NCBI GenBank assembly: GCA_951406725.2 | Contig: OX597819.1 | Span: forward strand, 66,650,001 to 66,714,000 | Source of the DNA: Octopus vulgaris | Lineage: Eukaryota | Direction: 5' to 3' | DNA: 64,000 nucleotides | Part shown: in pieces, positions 51,478-64,000 of the stretch | How positions within the stretch are numbered: position 1 is the first letter of the stretch | How the letters are laid out: every line of letters begins with the position of its first letter | Program-made: the position numbers and the translations under genes | Notes under the pieces: model-generated | What the model was told of the DNA's origin: nothing | Database searches by the model: none | The model's input: the letters and a program-made list of their open reading frames with translations, nothing else

Positions 51478-51660
51478 GATCACTACGCACATGTTTTTCT
51501 TTCCTTGTTTCTCTCCTTGGTTTTTCTGTAACCCCTCTGTAGAAGAGCGTAGGCCCGAAACGTAAAAGAATTTTTCTATTGCTGAGCGTTATACTAATAC
51601 ATCAGTTTGTTTTGTACACCACCTGTCTTCGTCTTTTGTTTTTTTCGTAAACTCTACTCA
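51478..51660 (+). mobile_element. Penelope-like terminal repeat, family S copy 5
   Basis: CTGTAGAAGAGCGTAGGCCCGAAACGTAAAAG at 51537; flanked by (TA)n. Confidence 0.65.
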
Positions 51661-51769
51661 TATATATATATATATATATATATACAACACACACACACAT
51701 ATATATGTATGTATAAATGTATATTTACAACACAAATATATACATATATTTATACATATGTAAACGCAA

Positions 51770-54425
51770 ATTATCTATTTGGATGTCTTTTTGTGTCAAT
51801 TTGCCGTCTACACCCGTTAACGGATTTCCTTGAAACTTTGCAGACATGTTAAAGTAAAATCCAGTTTGTTACTAGGCTCGTTGGTGTTTAATAAAAATCT
51901 ATAATTGGATGGCTAGGGCCTCTAGACTGGGTCCACATACATGACCAATATATTTTTCTTTAACAACCAAAGGAAATAACCTATTCATTTTCCTAGCGAA
52001 AGGAAATAACCCATACATTTTCCTTTGATGGCCCTAAACACTGCCAAGCTAAAATTTAATAGTTAAGGGATGCAAACTGACGACTGGGGGATCGTGTCCT
52101 ATAATTCATTGCTCTCCAAATCATTGCAGGTCCATGTTAATGTTGAGTCATGCAACTCTGTAAAAAGTATTAAATATGTATGTAAATACATCAATAAGGG
52201 CGCAAATATGGCGCTATTTTGGACATGAACAAGAGGGCAGGCTGATGAAATTCAGCAATATAAGTTGAGCAGATATATTTCCTCTAATGAGGGCTTCGAA
52301 ATCCACAAGCGGCAACCAACAGTGGTGAATCTATCTATACATCTTGAAAATGGCCAGCGTGAAAACTTCACACAACGCTCGAAACGTAGTTCTGAATCTA
52401 TGAGAATTCACTTTAACAGCTTTCTTCAAATTATGCTAATGTGATCTTTTGCCCGAACACTGTTGTATGTTGAGGATCCTGTGTATTCTACCTGGACACA
52501 CAGTAGATGGGACAGACGCAAGCAAGGAGCTTGGGAAGAACATGCAGTCTTCAGAAGCGGGGGGGGGGGCATCTGGCGAGTGTACACTCTGCACTCTCAT
52601 CAATAGAAAAGATTTTTTTCTGCATCTCCTGCTGCACCTGTCAAACCTTTGAAGGCACAATGGGCAAGTCTGCAAGAAACCTACAGAGAAGCCTGCGCTA
52701 AACATGGACTGCTTGAGGACGATGCTCACTATGACCAAACACTGGAGGAGGCAGCAGTCAGCAGAGCACCAAGTCAACTGTGCCAGCTATTTTCTATCAT
52801 GTTGATGACATGTGACTTAGGTGAAACTCTAAAGCATTGGGCAACCAACAAAACAGGCGTTGGCAGAGGATATGCTACAAAGGATTCAAGGGCGATCCTT
52901 AGCGGAAATTTCCACATTCAATAACGCCCCTTACAATGAAGCATTACTTGACCTGGACACACTTTTGTAAGCTATGGGAGGTCAAGGCATTGCCACATTT
53001 GGTCTGCCTCAACCGGAGCAGGCAACAAACAATCTCGCAATTCAGTACCTGTGAGAAATCAGCTGTGACATAGAGGAAATGACGGCGTATATAGCTGATT
53101 ATGAAAACAAACTGATGCAGGGCAAATTGTACATTATTCCGAGCATTGAAAGTGGAAGAGGAGGTCTTTTCTTTTGGATGCACCAGGTTGAACTGGCAAG
53201 ACATTTTTCATCAACCTACTTCTGGCTAAAATGCACCAAATGAAAGACATTGACATAGCATTGGCGTCAAGTGGAATATTTGAAACTCTGCGAAGTGGCG
53301 GCTACACAGCTCATTCCTGTCTCAAACTTCTTTTGGACCTGTCGAAGGAGGAGAAGGCAAACTGCAAGATCAGTCGTGATTCTATAAAAGGCAAACCTCT
53401 GGGTGAATGCAGGTTGATAATCTGGGATGAAGAGACAATGAGCCATAAGGTTCCCTTTGAAGTTCTTGATATGGCCCTTCAGGATCTGAGACAGAACACC
53501 AGCCTCATGGGAGGTGCCAGAGTCTTGCTTGCAGGAGACTTTACTTTAGAAAAACCCTTCCCGTGGTTCCAAGGGAGACAACAGCTGATGAGGTAAATGC
53601 CATACATAATAGAAATGGCAGAATATCCGTGCCATTTTAGCTCCAAAGAATGCGGCAGTTGATGATTTGAACATTCAATTTGTGGAACAGTTGCCAGGTG
53701 AGCGTCACATCTACAATTCCAGTGACACTGTACTCAAAATCAATTAAGCTGTGAATTTTCCAGTTAAGTTCTTGAAAAGTGTAACACCACCAGGCCTACC
53801 ACATCACAACTTGCACCTCAAGATTGCGGTACCAGTTTTGCTGCTTCGAAACCTCGGTTCACCAAAGTTTTGCAATGGCACACGACTTATAATTAAATAA
53901 GATGATGCTAACAGTCTTGGAGATAACAATTTTGACTGCTAAAGCAAGCGCTGAGCCAGTATCTATTCCTAGAACTCGAATATGCCTTTCCCTTGAATAT
54001 GCCATTCCAGTACAAGCGCCCGCAATTCCCGTAGAAACTGTGGTTTGCAATGAACGTTAACAAAGTCGAGGGGAAGTCCTTGGATGTCGTAGGTCTGAAC
54101 CTTGCGGAATCAGTTTTCTAACATACCCAACTTTATGTCGGATGCTGAAGAGTCAGCAATCCTAATCATTTGTTTATTTATGCCCCACAAGGAAAGATAA
54201 AAAATGTTGCTCATCAAGAAGCTCTGAGAATTTAATAAGATTCACCAAATCATCAGGTATTTATTATTTAACTGTAATATTTGTAAGTGATGTAAATGTT
54301 ATTTTATTTCTAAATCTGTATACACATTTATTTGTATGTCTACTGTGAAACTAAATGCCAGTCTGTTTCTACATGCATTGTCAATCTGTTTCAAGACTAA
54401 CGACCCTAAGGGTTGTAATCTCTAG
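51770..54425 (+). mobile_element. Internally deleted, decayed Helitron
   Basis: Contains a RepHel pseudogene. Candidate 3' end is the hairpin ACGACCC-TAA-GGGTTGT (54400-54416) followed by CTAG (54422-54425). Boundaries are uncertain. Confidence 0.8.
52091..54230 (+). pseudogene. Helitron RepHel (Rep motif 3 plus PIF1 helicase) with many stops and frameshifts
   Basis: IVSYNSLLSK...HVNVESCNSVKSIKYVCKYINKG (YxxKY), DEIQQY..SRYISSNE, DAPG*TGKTF (Walker A), ASSGI...GGYTAHS, LIIWDE, GGARVLLAGDF, LLRNL, CNGTRL and QLYVGC*RV. Confidence 0.92.
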
Positions 54426-54680
54426 GGACGCACAAAATGCCTTTTGAGGGTTATTTACTTTGAATTGTTATTATCTCATACCTAATTAGACTGTTATTAC
54501 GTAACATGCTTCAGGATTTTGGTATACATACCTAATTAGTATATCCTCCTAAGTTCTATATACTATGGGAATGCACTAAAGCCCTTTTGGGGGTCTACTT
54601 TATTTGAATTCTTACTATCGGGTAACTAATTTCATATCATTACGTAACTGACTTCACGATTTGGGTATTCATAACATACT
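54426..54680. repeat. Diverged tandem duplication, ~143-bp period
   Basis: GGGA.GCAC...GCC.TTTG.GGG...TTTGAATT.TTA.TATC...CTAATT...ATTACGTAAC...CTTCA.GATTT.GGTAT.CATA occurs twice. Confidence 0.65.
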
Positions 54681-55261
54681 GGGATTTCCTAAAAACAAGA
54701 TCCTACATGACACAGTTCAGTTTTCTCTTTAAATGCACAAAAACTGTTTTATGGGCTACATACTTTTACCCTGATATTATTTATATACTCAATACTTCTT
54801 TCTATTTTATATCTTGCATCTCCTTCTATGGAACCGACTCTATTTGTTATGTGATAAGGTATAGGTTCTTATTCCTTGGTATATTAGAGCTTTTTCAGCT
54901 ATGCGTGGTTTCTGTAATATCGAGTATTCATCATGTATGGTATATGTTGAACGAGCCATCTTGCTTAAAATCATTAGGTGCATATTACGTAATGTGTGTA
55001 CCCTGTATGAAGATTGTTCTGTATGAGCTCTCCTATTGAATACATTAATTGGATGCAAGATGTAGACTGTTCCTAGCAAAGCTATTTTAAACAACATTTA
55101 GTTTTGTGAGACGTTGGTATGACAACAATGTTCCCTATTTACTGTCATTTCGTTATATGTAACCCTCGGCACTTTATGTTTGCCTCAGTATTGTCTCTTA
55201 CATCCGTTGCCCCGAGGGTAAAGAAAAGCAATAATTATTGCTGTTGTTGTTGTTGTTGTTG

Positions 55262-55335
<74 letters not shown>

Positions 55336-55336
55336 T

Positions 55337-55846
55337 GGTGAAAGAGAGAGAGTAGTGCATGCCATCAAAATGACACAGGAGTAAAATATACGAAGCCAGT
55401 ATACCCATCATGACGACCCGTCTGATAAGGATACACTATGCACATGCATCACAACCATATGTGAGCGACATGGCGATCTCATATCAAGACAAACAGCGCA
55501 AAGCCTTGCAGGTGGGGCCCAGTTAGAATTTTCTTTTGGTCGAGTAGTCCATCCCGCCCAAAAGGTCCCTGAATAAGGATTGTTTAATGATGTTCAACGA
55601 AACATCCACGTTTCCAAAGGTAAATTATCCAAACCTCTAAGAATTCCTGTCAACACACGGCTATGATGCTCCCCCACTACTTCTGCTCGCGGTCAGATAT
55701 GCACATATCGTCAGCCACTAAGGGACATGGTCAACTGGTTAAGGGTCAAACAATTGACAAGCAAATCTGTGGTATTGATCAGAATATTTGCTGTAGCCCA
55801 TCTTTTCTACCAAGACAAAACTATATAGATGATAACAAATTACAAA
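55337..55846 (-). mobile_element. Non-coding (TAA)n-targeted repeat, copy 3
   Basis: Reverse complement of about 3765-4268, in (TTA)n. Confidence 0.8.
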
Positions 55847-55892
<46 letters not shown>

Positions 55893-55893
55893 T

Positions 55894-56341
55894 AGTGAAA
55901 GAGAGAGAGTAGTGCATGCCATCAAAATGACACAGGAGTAAAATATTCGAAGCCAGTATACCCATCATGACGACCCGTCTGATAAGGATACACTATGCAC
56001 ATGCATCACAACCATATGTGCGCGACATGACGATCTCATATCAAGATAAACAGCGCAAAGCCTTGCAGGTGGGGCCCAGTTAGAATTTTCTTTTGGTCGA
56101 GTAGCCCATCCCGCTCAAAAGGTCCTTGAATAAGGATTGTTTAAGGATGTTGAACGAAACATTCACGTTTCCAAAGGTAAATTATACAAACCTCTAAGAA
56201 TTCCTGTCAACACACGGCTATGATGCTCCCCCACTACTTCTGCTCGAGGTCAGATATGCACATATCGTCAGCCACTAAGTGACATCGTCAACTTGTTAAG
56301 GGTCAAACAACTGACAAGCAAATCTGTGATATTGATCAGAA

Positions 56342-56345
<4 letters not shown>
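55894..56345 (-). mobile_element. Non-coding (TAA)n-targeted repeat, copy 4 (tandem with copy 3)
   Basis: Highly similar to copy 3, shorter at its 5' end, and separated from it by (TTA)n. Confidence 0.8.
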
Positions 56346-56414
<69 letters not shown>

Positions 56415-56996
56415 GATATATTTGTTATTTTCGTCTGTGTTGTCATTGTCCTTCGAGATAGCAAATGTGCCTGTCTAGGCCCACTTGTGAAACTACACGA
56501 AGGAAAAGTTTTAATGGAGGACATTTAAAAAAAATCAGAAATACAAATTTAATTAGTTCCCTCAATTCTTCCCATTCCGGTTAAAAACAAACCTTTATTT
56601 TGTAAAGATATTTTTTGTTGCTTCTTTGTTACTCGTAAACAAGCAAAATGGCAGCCAGCACTTTATAACCGCCTCCACAAAAAGAAAACCAATGAAAAAT
56701 AAATAAAAGTTTTTTTTAAATAAATGAAATCAAACCCAGTTTAGCAGACACATGACAGAAGTATATATATATTTATAAAAAAGAATCAATTGAGTTTCTT
56801 GCGGAGCACATTTATCTTTATAATATTAAATAACGATTTTTCAGTGGAAAAAAGAAACCAAAAATGACAACACAACAAATGCCATTGTGGACGAGGGAAA
56901 CGATTCAAATAATGATAAAAGTGGAAAAACGGCGACATGAGGATACACGCAACACATATATATATATATATATACATAAATACATGCATACATTCA

Positions 56997-57027
<31 letters not shown>

Positions 57028-57032
<5 letters not shown>

Positions 57033-57262
57033 CAACAATTGAGGGTAAAATTAATTAATTATTAATCAATTTCACCAAGTGTTCAGTATGCAAAGGGACC
57101 AAACTTACCCCCAAACTTTTGTGAGTTGAATTAAGCAAACACTATATATGAGAGAGATTTTCTTTAAGTATTAGAAATAGCTTTAAAAAAGTTTTTTAGC
57201 TGCTATTTCTAATGAGTTCAGTATGCGGTAAAGTAATTTATTTTACTAAGCCCTTTTATATA
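57028..57262 (-). mobile_element. Probable fragment related to the R1/R2 family, between (TA)n tracts
   Basis: Minus strand ATACTGAACACTTGGTGAAATTGATTAATAATTAATTAATTTTACCCTC resembles ATGCTAGACCACTGGTTTTAAATTGAT...ACCCT. Confidence 0.4.
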
Positions 57263-57405
57263 ATATATATATATATATATTGCATAAGTACACTGCATAG
57301 AATAACTGTATACACTTCATAATAGATGTTATATATATGTGTGTATATTTATACATGCAGACGCGCACGCACACATATATACAAATATGCATATATATAT
57401 ACACA

Positions 57406-57450
<45 letters not shown>

Positions 57451-57984
57451 CTCTGTGTGTGTGTCTGTTTGGTATTCGCTCACTTTTGCATGAATGAAAG
57501 CGTATGCGGAATGGATGTCAAAGAAATTAATCGCTCCCAGTCTTTCTACTGTTAGTGACGCTACGTCAAGTGTGAGGAGTACGCCGGGCAGTGTTTGGCG
57601 ACGGGTGAATTAGCGCTCATACCACTGCTTCATATCGAACTAGAACGGAAAATAAAATTTAAAATAGCCAATGGAAACACATTAACTGAAGGGAGTCTAA
57701 AATGTATTCATCATTGATCGAAGTCGGTTTTAGAGAATCACATGATTGATATACTAAAGGTATAACGATTCCAAACCAGGCTGACCTTGTCAGTTAGAAA
57801 CTTTTACAAGAACGCGAAAAGGGTGTGACAAAGCGTAGGTTTGGAAAAAAAATATTTTGGGAAAACGCTGACATTGGCGATTTTACATATTTGTGATGCT
57901 ATGTATATATATATGTTCTTTATAACCGCCTCCACAAAAAGAACATATAAAGGGTATATGTTCTAATGTAACTAATACATAAAT

Positions 57985-58165
57985 ACTGTTGTATATTTTA
58001 GAGATGTGGAAGTCTGTACATTATTTACATCATTTACATTGGATGGGTTTGTGTCCTCATCTTTGTTGTTACCACAACGTTTTGGCTGATTTACTATCCA
58101 GACTTCATCAAATGTCTCGGTAGAATTTTGGACCCGACGCTGGGTTCAAATTCCTAAGGTATTTT
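57985..58165 (-). mobile_element. Penelope-like terminus with a dead HHR
   Basis: Minus strand GACAT-TTGATGA-AGTCTGG...CAGCC-AAAA-CG-TT-GTG at 58070-58116, with core C3 and G12 mutated. Related to 43577-43700. Confidence 0.45.
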
Positions 58166-58204
58166 TTGTTGATATTATTATTATTATTGTTGTTGTTGTT
58201 GTTG

Positions 58205-58269
<65 letters not shown>

Positions 58270-58304
58270 ATTATTATTATTTATTTTTTTTTTTTACTTA
58301 TTCA

Positions 58305-58790
58305 TGATGCCGAGTTCAATTCCAGGTAGTGCCTGATTTTCAGCTGTATCTTAACATCCGCTAGGCAGCTAATTTCCACAACTCTACACAGTTTCACTTC
58401 TCTATCCCAAATCATTATATCAGATCTGTTGTGCTTATACTTTATATAGGTCGTCACTTAGACATTCCACCAGTATTTCTTTTTATTATGAGTGGTTATG
58501 ACATACTGTGGGTTATTTTATCTTTGTCCTGAGAGCAATCCTTTCGACGGATTTCATTATATGCTTTCCTAGTTACAACCCCATGTCTCATCGGTAGTTA
58601 ATACCGCGATGACATTTTCGCACAACTGCTTATGATGTGGGAGATATCTTCGGTGTTAACTCCACAAGGTCTGCATCGGTTGTCATATTTTACTGCTCTT
58701 CCTGCATCTCTGTCCCTGTTGCACATTAGGCATTTAGTCCAGACCAAACTTTAATCCAACAACATATCTGGTTACTCCCTCGGAAACGTT
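58305..58790 (-). pseudogene. RLE non-LTR retrotransposon fragment (CCHC plus endonuclease)
   Basis: Minus strand NRCRPCGVNTEDISHIISSCAKMSSRY*LPMRH...KKYWWNV*VTTYIKYKHNRSDIMIWDREVKLCRVVEISC; adjacent to (TTA)n. Confidence 0.8.
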
Positions 58791-59497
58791 ATTACCAAAG
58801 TTTGGCATCGAATACATCAGAAAAACTAATCACCATAGGCACACGCCAGACGACAGAGATATATATGCAGACACATACACCACACGCACATACAAACACA
58901 TATACCATACGCATATACACACACATAAAACAGACACATACAAACGTATAAAAGAAAGCCATACGCCACACGCACATGCAAAAACATAAAACACACACAT
59001 ACACCACAAGCACATACTCATAAAACAAGCACATATACGAGGCGCATATACACACACATTAAACAGACACATACACCACACGCACATACATACACATAAA
59101 ACAGATACATGTCCACTGGCTCAAAAATGAACATACACACAGGATACACGATCGCACGCTCAACACACACAGAGTAAGCAGTTATACACGCATACACTTA
59201 ATACACACATTTGCATATCAAGTGCACACATACAAACATACAATGGAAATGATGTCTCTAAAATACCGTACCGCACTTTTCAGACAGGGGGTCGCAAAAT
59301 AATTACCAAAATGTTGTACTAGCACTGGTCCTAGATAATAAGCATTCAACTAAACATCATTAGTTTCTCAATAATACCATATGTCCTGCGTTGTTTAGTA
59401 GTGGCCCAGTATCTAGATGCTAGCTTGGATTTCTCTCATTCGGTCACAAAACGTCTGGTGTGATAAGCGAACTTAGGGCCGAGTCAAACTTTTATCA

Positions 59498-59710
59498 AAT
59501 ACAATGGAGTGCATAAAAGTTCCTGGTGTTGGGTAACATATAATACAGCACAGTTAGTTAATTATGATTGTATCCAACATGTTTCCCTCTCAGATTCACA
59601 CATTTATTGCAACTGCCCTTCAGTTTTTCTAAGCCCTGTAAAAGAACGCGTAATGTTGGGCCTCAAACCAGGCTTTCGCAATTACCTTCAAGGAGAGAAA
59701 ACTTCAGCAT
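59498..59710 (-). mobile_element. Mariner 3' fragment
   Basis: TIR-like TACAATGGAGTGCATAAAAGTTCC. Minus strand AWFEAQHYAFF/QGLEKLKGSCNKCVNLRGKHVG resembles a mariner C-terminus. Confidence 0.6.
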
Positions 59711-59784
59711 CGATTCGTATATATAACTGCTGCTAAATGTGTTGATTATCACTTTCTTTCGCTTCTTCTCTCCTTGCTATACAA

Positions 59785-59820
<36 letters not shown>

Positions 59821-59886
59821 TAAGAAAATGGAGCAGGAGAATTCCGATTATTCCCACCGGGTGAGTTGTAGTGAAATATATATATA

Positions 59887-60114
59887 TTTCTTTATTGCCC
59901 ACAAGGGGCTAAACACAGAGGGGACAAACAGGGACAGACAAACGGATTAAATCGATTACATCGACCCCAGTGCGTAACTGGTGCATAATTTATCGACTCC
60001 GAAAGGATGAAAGGCAAAGTCGACCTCGGCGGAATTTGAACCCAGAACGTAACGGCAGGATAAATACGGCTACGCATTTCGCCCGGCGCGCTAACATTTC
60101 TGCCAGCTCGCCGA

Positions 60115-60116
<2 letters not shown>
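59887..60116 (-). mobile_element. SINE family A, head-core-linker unit
   Basis: TTTCTTTATTGCCCACAAGGGGCTAAACAC...CTGCCAGCTCGCCG. Confidence 0.88.
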
Positions 60117-60163
<47 letters not shown>

Positions 60164-63100
60164 TTTTGTATGTCAACCGGTTTCACTTACGCGAATCATG
60201 ACATTGAAATTATTGAAATTTCGTGTTTCCTTATGAAGATATTCGTCCATGTTTCGTATGGAGTTTTGTGAATGAAGTGAACCAAGAGGTAGAAAAATCT
60301 AAGGGGAGGCAATTGGTGATTGTTATTGGTGATCTTTTAATTTTACTTTTGTAGTCACAACTCAGAGCTGCGACCATGCTGTTCGATAAGCGAACGAAAG
60401 TTGCTTAGGGCCAAGTCACACTGTTATCAAATACGAATGTGTACCCAAAAATTATATATATATATATATATAATATGTGTGTGTGTGATTGGGTGTGCTT
60501 GTGTATGTATATATAACTTACAAACTTGCTTCGATGCGTATTTTCTATTTACCTTAACCTACTTCAGAAATATTACATATTTCTGGTTATAATTGCAGAT
60601 CATGTGTAAGTTGAAATGATATCTAGTTCTCTCAAAGAATCTAGCTTTTCTGAACATGATACAGTGACGTGACACATCTTTCAATAAAGTTCGTGCCGAG
60701 AAAACTATCATCATTCATTCCATCTCCGTTGGTAATTCTCAATATGAACTAACAGCTTTGCAACTTTTGTGAAAAACCTGTGATATATGGATGTTATTTC
60801 AGCCCTTGCCCCGAAGGACATGCAAGATGTTATAAAAAGGTTTTCTTCCTTTCTTTTCATTTTGTTTTTATTTCGTGGTTATTTTGTATTTTTGTTCCTA
60901 ACCTAACGATTTTATTCCAAAACAAATGGAAATCAATGATAGAATAAATACCACAAGAAATATGAATTCTGTTAAAGAAAATGATGAATTGAATGATGTT
61001 TCCGGAACATTGCATTTTTGGATAGGGCGACTTACATATTAGCCCTACTTGATACTATTGCGCTTCAATTTGAGTTTGAAATCCCACAACTATATCTCTC
61101 ATTACCTCTTTCTCTCTCTCTCCCTCTCCCTCTTTCTTTCTCTCTCACTCTATCCCTCCTCCCCTTCTATCTCTATCTATTTGCGTATCGTTCTCGCTGC
61201 CTCCAATCGAAAATATAACACACAATTTACTGAAAGAGAAAAGCAACAACATTTTTACCTTTAATATTTGAAGGAAATAAATGTTTGAGGGAGGTGTTTA
61301 ATATATTAATGAAATTAGTATGATCGACATAAAATTTCCATAATTAGAAAATATACAAAATGGAATGAATTTAAATGCTTCTTTCTCTTTATAAAAGGGG
61401 AAAAAGGGAGACATTTTTTTGAAACTCGCCTTGTCCATTCTATTAAGAAGCAATACGACACTCTTTAAAAGGATATACTTTCATTCTGTAGGATGATACT
61501 GAGCAAAAGTAATGTGTTATTTTGTATGCTGGAAACAATTATACAGAGAATGTAGAAAAACTGCGACGTGCTAGATAAGCTCTGACAGAAAATCGGCTTT
61601 ATACATATCTTGGTCGTGTCATATGAAAGAAAAAGCATTAAATATGTGGTGGTACAGAGTAAACTATCAGTAATGTGATTGAAATTCAGATTGACATGAT
61701 GTCAGTAGTTTCTAGGTTCAATCTTAGAAGAGTCTCTTCTGCTGGTAATCGATCACTTGATGAAAAAAGGTCTGAGTGAAACACGGATATAAGCCGAGAG
61801 GTTCCATATGCGTCATACATTTTGACATCTTGGTTTATAATCATACCTGTGCATTCATATATGTGCGTGTGTGTGTAAGCATACATAAGTATGCATATTA
61901 ATGTTTATATATATTGGCAGCACTGTATTCTCATGCTTGTACCTCTTTATTAGAAAATGTATTCACTAATTTGGTGAATTTTGTCCTCAAATTTTTTTCC
62001 TTTTCTTTGGTTATGGTCTGATATTCATATTTCAGTAACAATTTGAAGAAAGGGAGATGATTAAACTTGTCATTTGCTTCATCTAAATTATCTCTAAACC
62101 TAATCACGGCTGTTTCCCTCTTTTCTCAACTTTTGTTTCGTATATTAATTTGACTAAGCTTCTTTTGGGCTTGTCCGGTCTTTTAAACTGTATGATTTTT
62201 TTGCTTCCATTATCACGTTTTTAATAATTATCAGTGTTAGTACTCATCTTTCAAGAGCTTGTTTAATGTATGTTTCCCAACAGAATTCTGTCAATGAATG
62301 CTTTTATATTCGCAACGAATTCTGTTAACGAATTTTCTTATATTTGCAAACAATGTCAGTATATATTTTTGACGATGCTCGACACTATCGGAAGTAGTGA
62401 TGTATATTCAAGGTGTTGAAATCCTGATACGAATCGATTTGCAACTGACGAGGGGAACTCCACTGTTAATCTATATGAGTGTTCGTTATCACAGCAAAGT
62501 CTCTTCTAAGTGCATCCTTCCTTAGATGCATTTACATAAACAAATTAATGCAATTTTTTTATTGATCGTTGGTTTAAGATGAATTAGAATTTAATTTGAA
62601 GTATTTTACTACACCGTTACCATTTTCATAAATGGTGCATCATGATATATATTTATGCGTGCGTGTGTGTGTGTATGTGTGTGTGTGTGTGTGTGTCTTT
62701 GCATATATAACTATTTAATGCATACACATACTTATCTGTTGCCAGGTTCTGTAGAACTTCACTTTCTACATTATACACGTGAGATTCTGAGTTTCTCAAA
62801 GCTACACGAGAAAACGTTTGTTGTAGGAATGGTGCAACCTAGCAACACAAGGAAATCTCTCGACCAGACGGTATTTCCCGCGTCCATGTTAAACACACAT
62901 ATATTTATTATACCTTTATCAACAATGTTTTTGCCTTTTAGAGAATTCGAAGTATTATCGCAATATTATACAGACGCAAAACAAATACATTTGGGAAATA
63001 AGTATGGTGAAGAAAGAAATGAGTTAGGATTAAACTGATAAAAGTTATACCGATATGTGGTGATGAAACCCTGTGATAGACACAAGTTTTCAAGAGAGAC

Positions 63101-64000
63101 TGCCAATGCATTTTTAGTTGTTTCATTCACATTTCTAATATTTCGAAATTTATGTTGATTTCTAACAAATGTCACAAACTCATAAAGGTGAGTACTATTA
63201 ATTAAATCGGATTGAATATGTCACTGGTAAATATATTTTTCTGTACATATGAGAAATAGAAATATGCACCTTGGGAATATATTTGATCTGCTGTATCTCA
63301 TTTCAATTCGGCATAACTATAAATCTGTGCCCTCATATACCCCTACCTCACACGCCGAATTTCTTTCCTCATAACGTTGTGAGAATTCGATATTTTTTTA
63401 ATAAAATTTTAAACATACACGTTTCAGTTGGTGAAGATTAAGTTTTTATCGGAATTTAATGCAGGGAAATGGGCGTGGTAGAAAATTTACAAACGCTGCA
63501 GAACATATGATGAAAGTCAAGATATGTGAATTATTCGATCCCAACTCGATAGATCTTCATATCAAATTCAGACATAATCGCAATTTACACCATCTGAAAG
63601 GTATTTGTAGAAAATATTAAAAACTAACCAGTTTTCGGAATTTTATGACTGAAAAAGTCGAGATTTGCCAATTATCAGAAACCCCTCCCGCTCCTCTCTG
63701 AAAAAAAATGTTCATAACAAATTTACACATTATCTAAAACATCTCCGGAAATTTTCATTAAAACTATAGTCATATTTGTGAGTCCTATGTCTTAAATCTT
63801 TCGTCACACATCCCGTGACCTCTTCAGCAATACTCCATTCCACGTGTATTCTTTTGTTCGGAGTGCACACGTCTGAAGTTATGTCTTGTAATCTATACAC
63901 TCTTTTAATCTAGACGCTCACCAATATTGTCGTCATATTTGTAAAAAAAAAAGAAAAAAAAACAAACAAAAAATACTGGTGAGATTAAAATACTTATACA

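Noticed and set aside
55030-55100. Minus-strand KIALLGTVYIL resembling the RLE ORF C-terminus (KIALLGTAHIL)
   Set aside because: Too short to annotate confidently; possibly a tiny LINE remnant.
62438-62520. CTGACGA followed by a partial hairpin (possible HHR)
   Set aside because: No GAAA and no matching stem I downstream; at best a heavily decayed remnant.

Overview
AT-rich, gene-poor eukaryotic DNA packed with microsatellites ((TA)n, (TAA)n, (CA)n, (TAGA)n, (GAT)n, (CTA)n) and transposon debris. The SINE repertoire suggests an octopus or other cephalopod; this is pattern recall, not a database result. No host protein-coding gene can be supported, and nearly all listed ORFs are microsatellite artefacts. 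Recognisable elements: three tRNA-derived SINE families (one dimeric), R4/Dong-type RLE non-LTR fragments sitting in (TAA)n, a non-coding (TAA)n-targeted repeat in 4 copies, an L1/Tx1-like ORF1 remnant, mariner/Tc1 remnants including a foldback of two right ends, a decayed Helitron RepHel, and a Penelope-like element with a GIY-YIG-only ORF. The most striking signal is a dense set of type I hammerhead ribozyme (HHR) motifs. Two divergent non-coding 506-nt and 550-nt units (27.0-27.7 kb and 30.6-31.3 kb) each carry an intact-core HHR and occur as differently permuted ~1.2-mers next to (TA)n. Both fold by eye into the same nested rod with compensatory base changes, making them a candidate retrozyme or viroid-like circular RNA family, with relatives at 26.5 kb and 31.4 kb.
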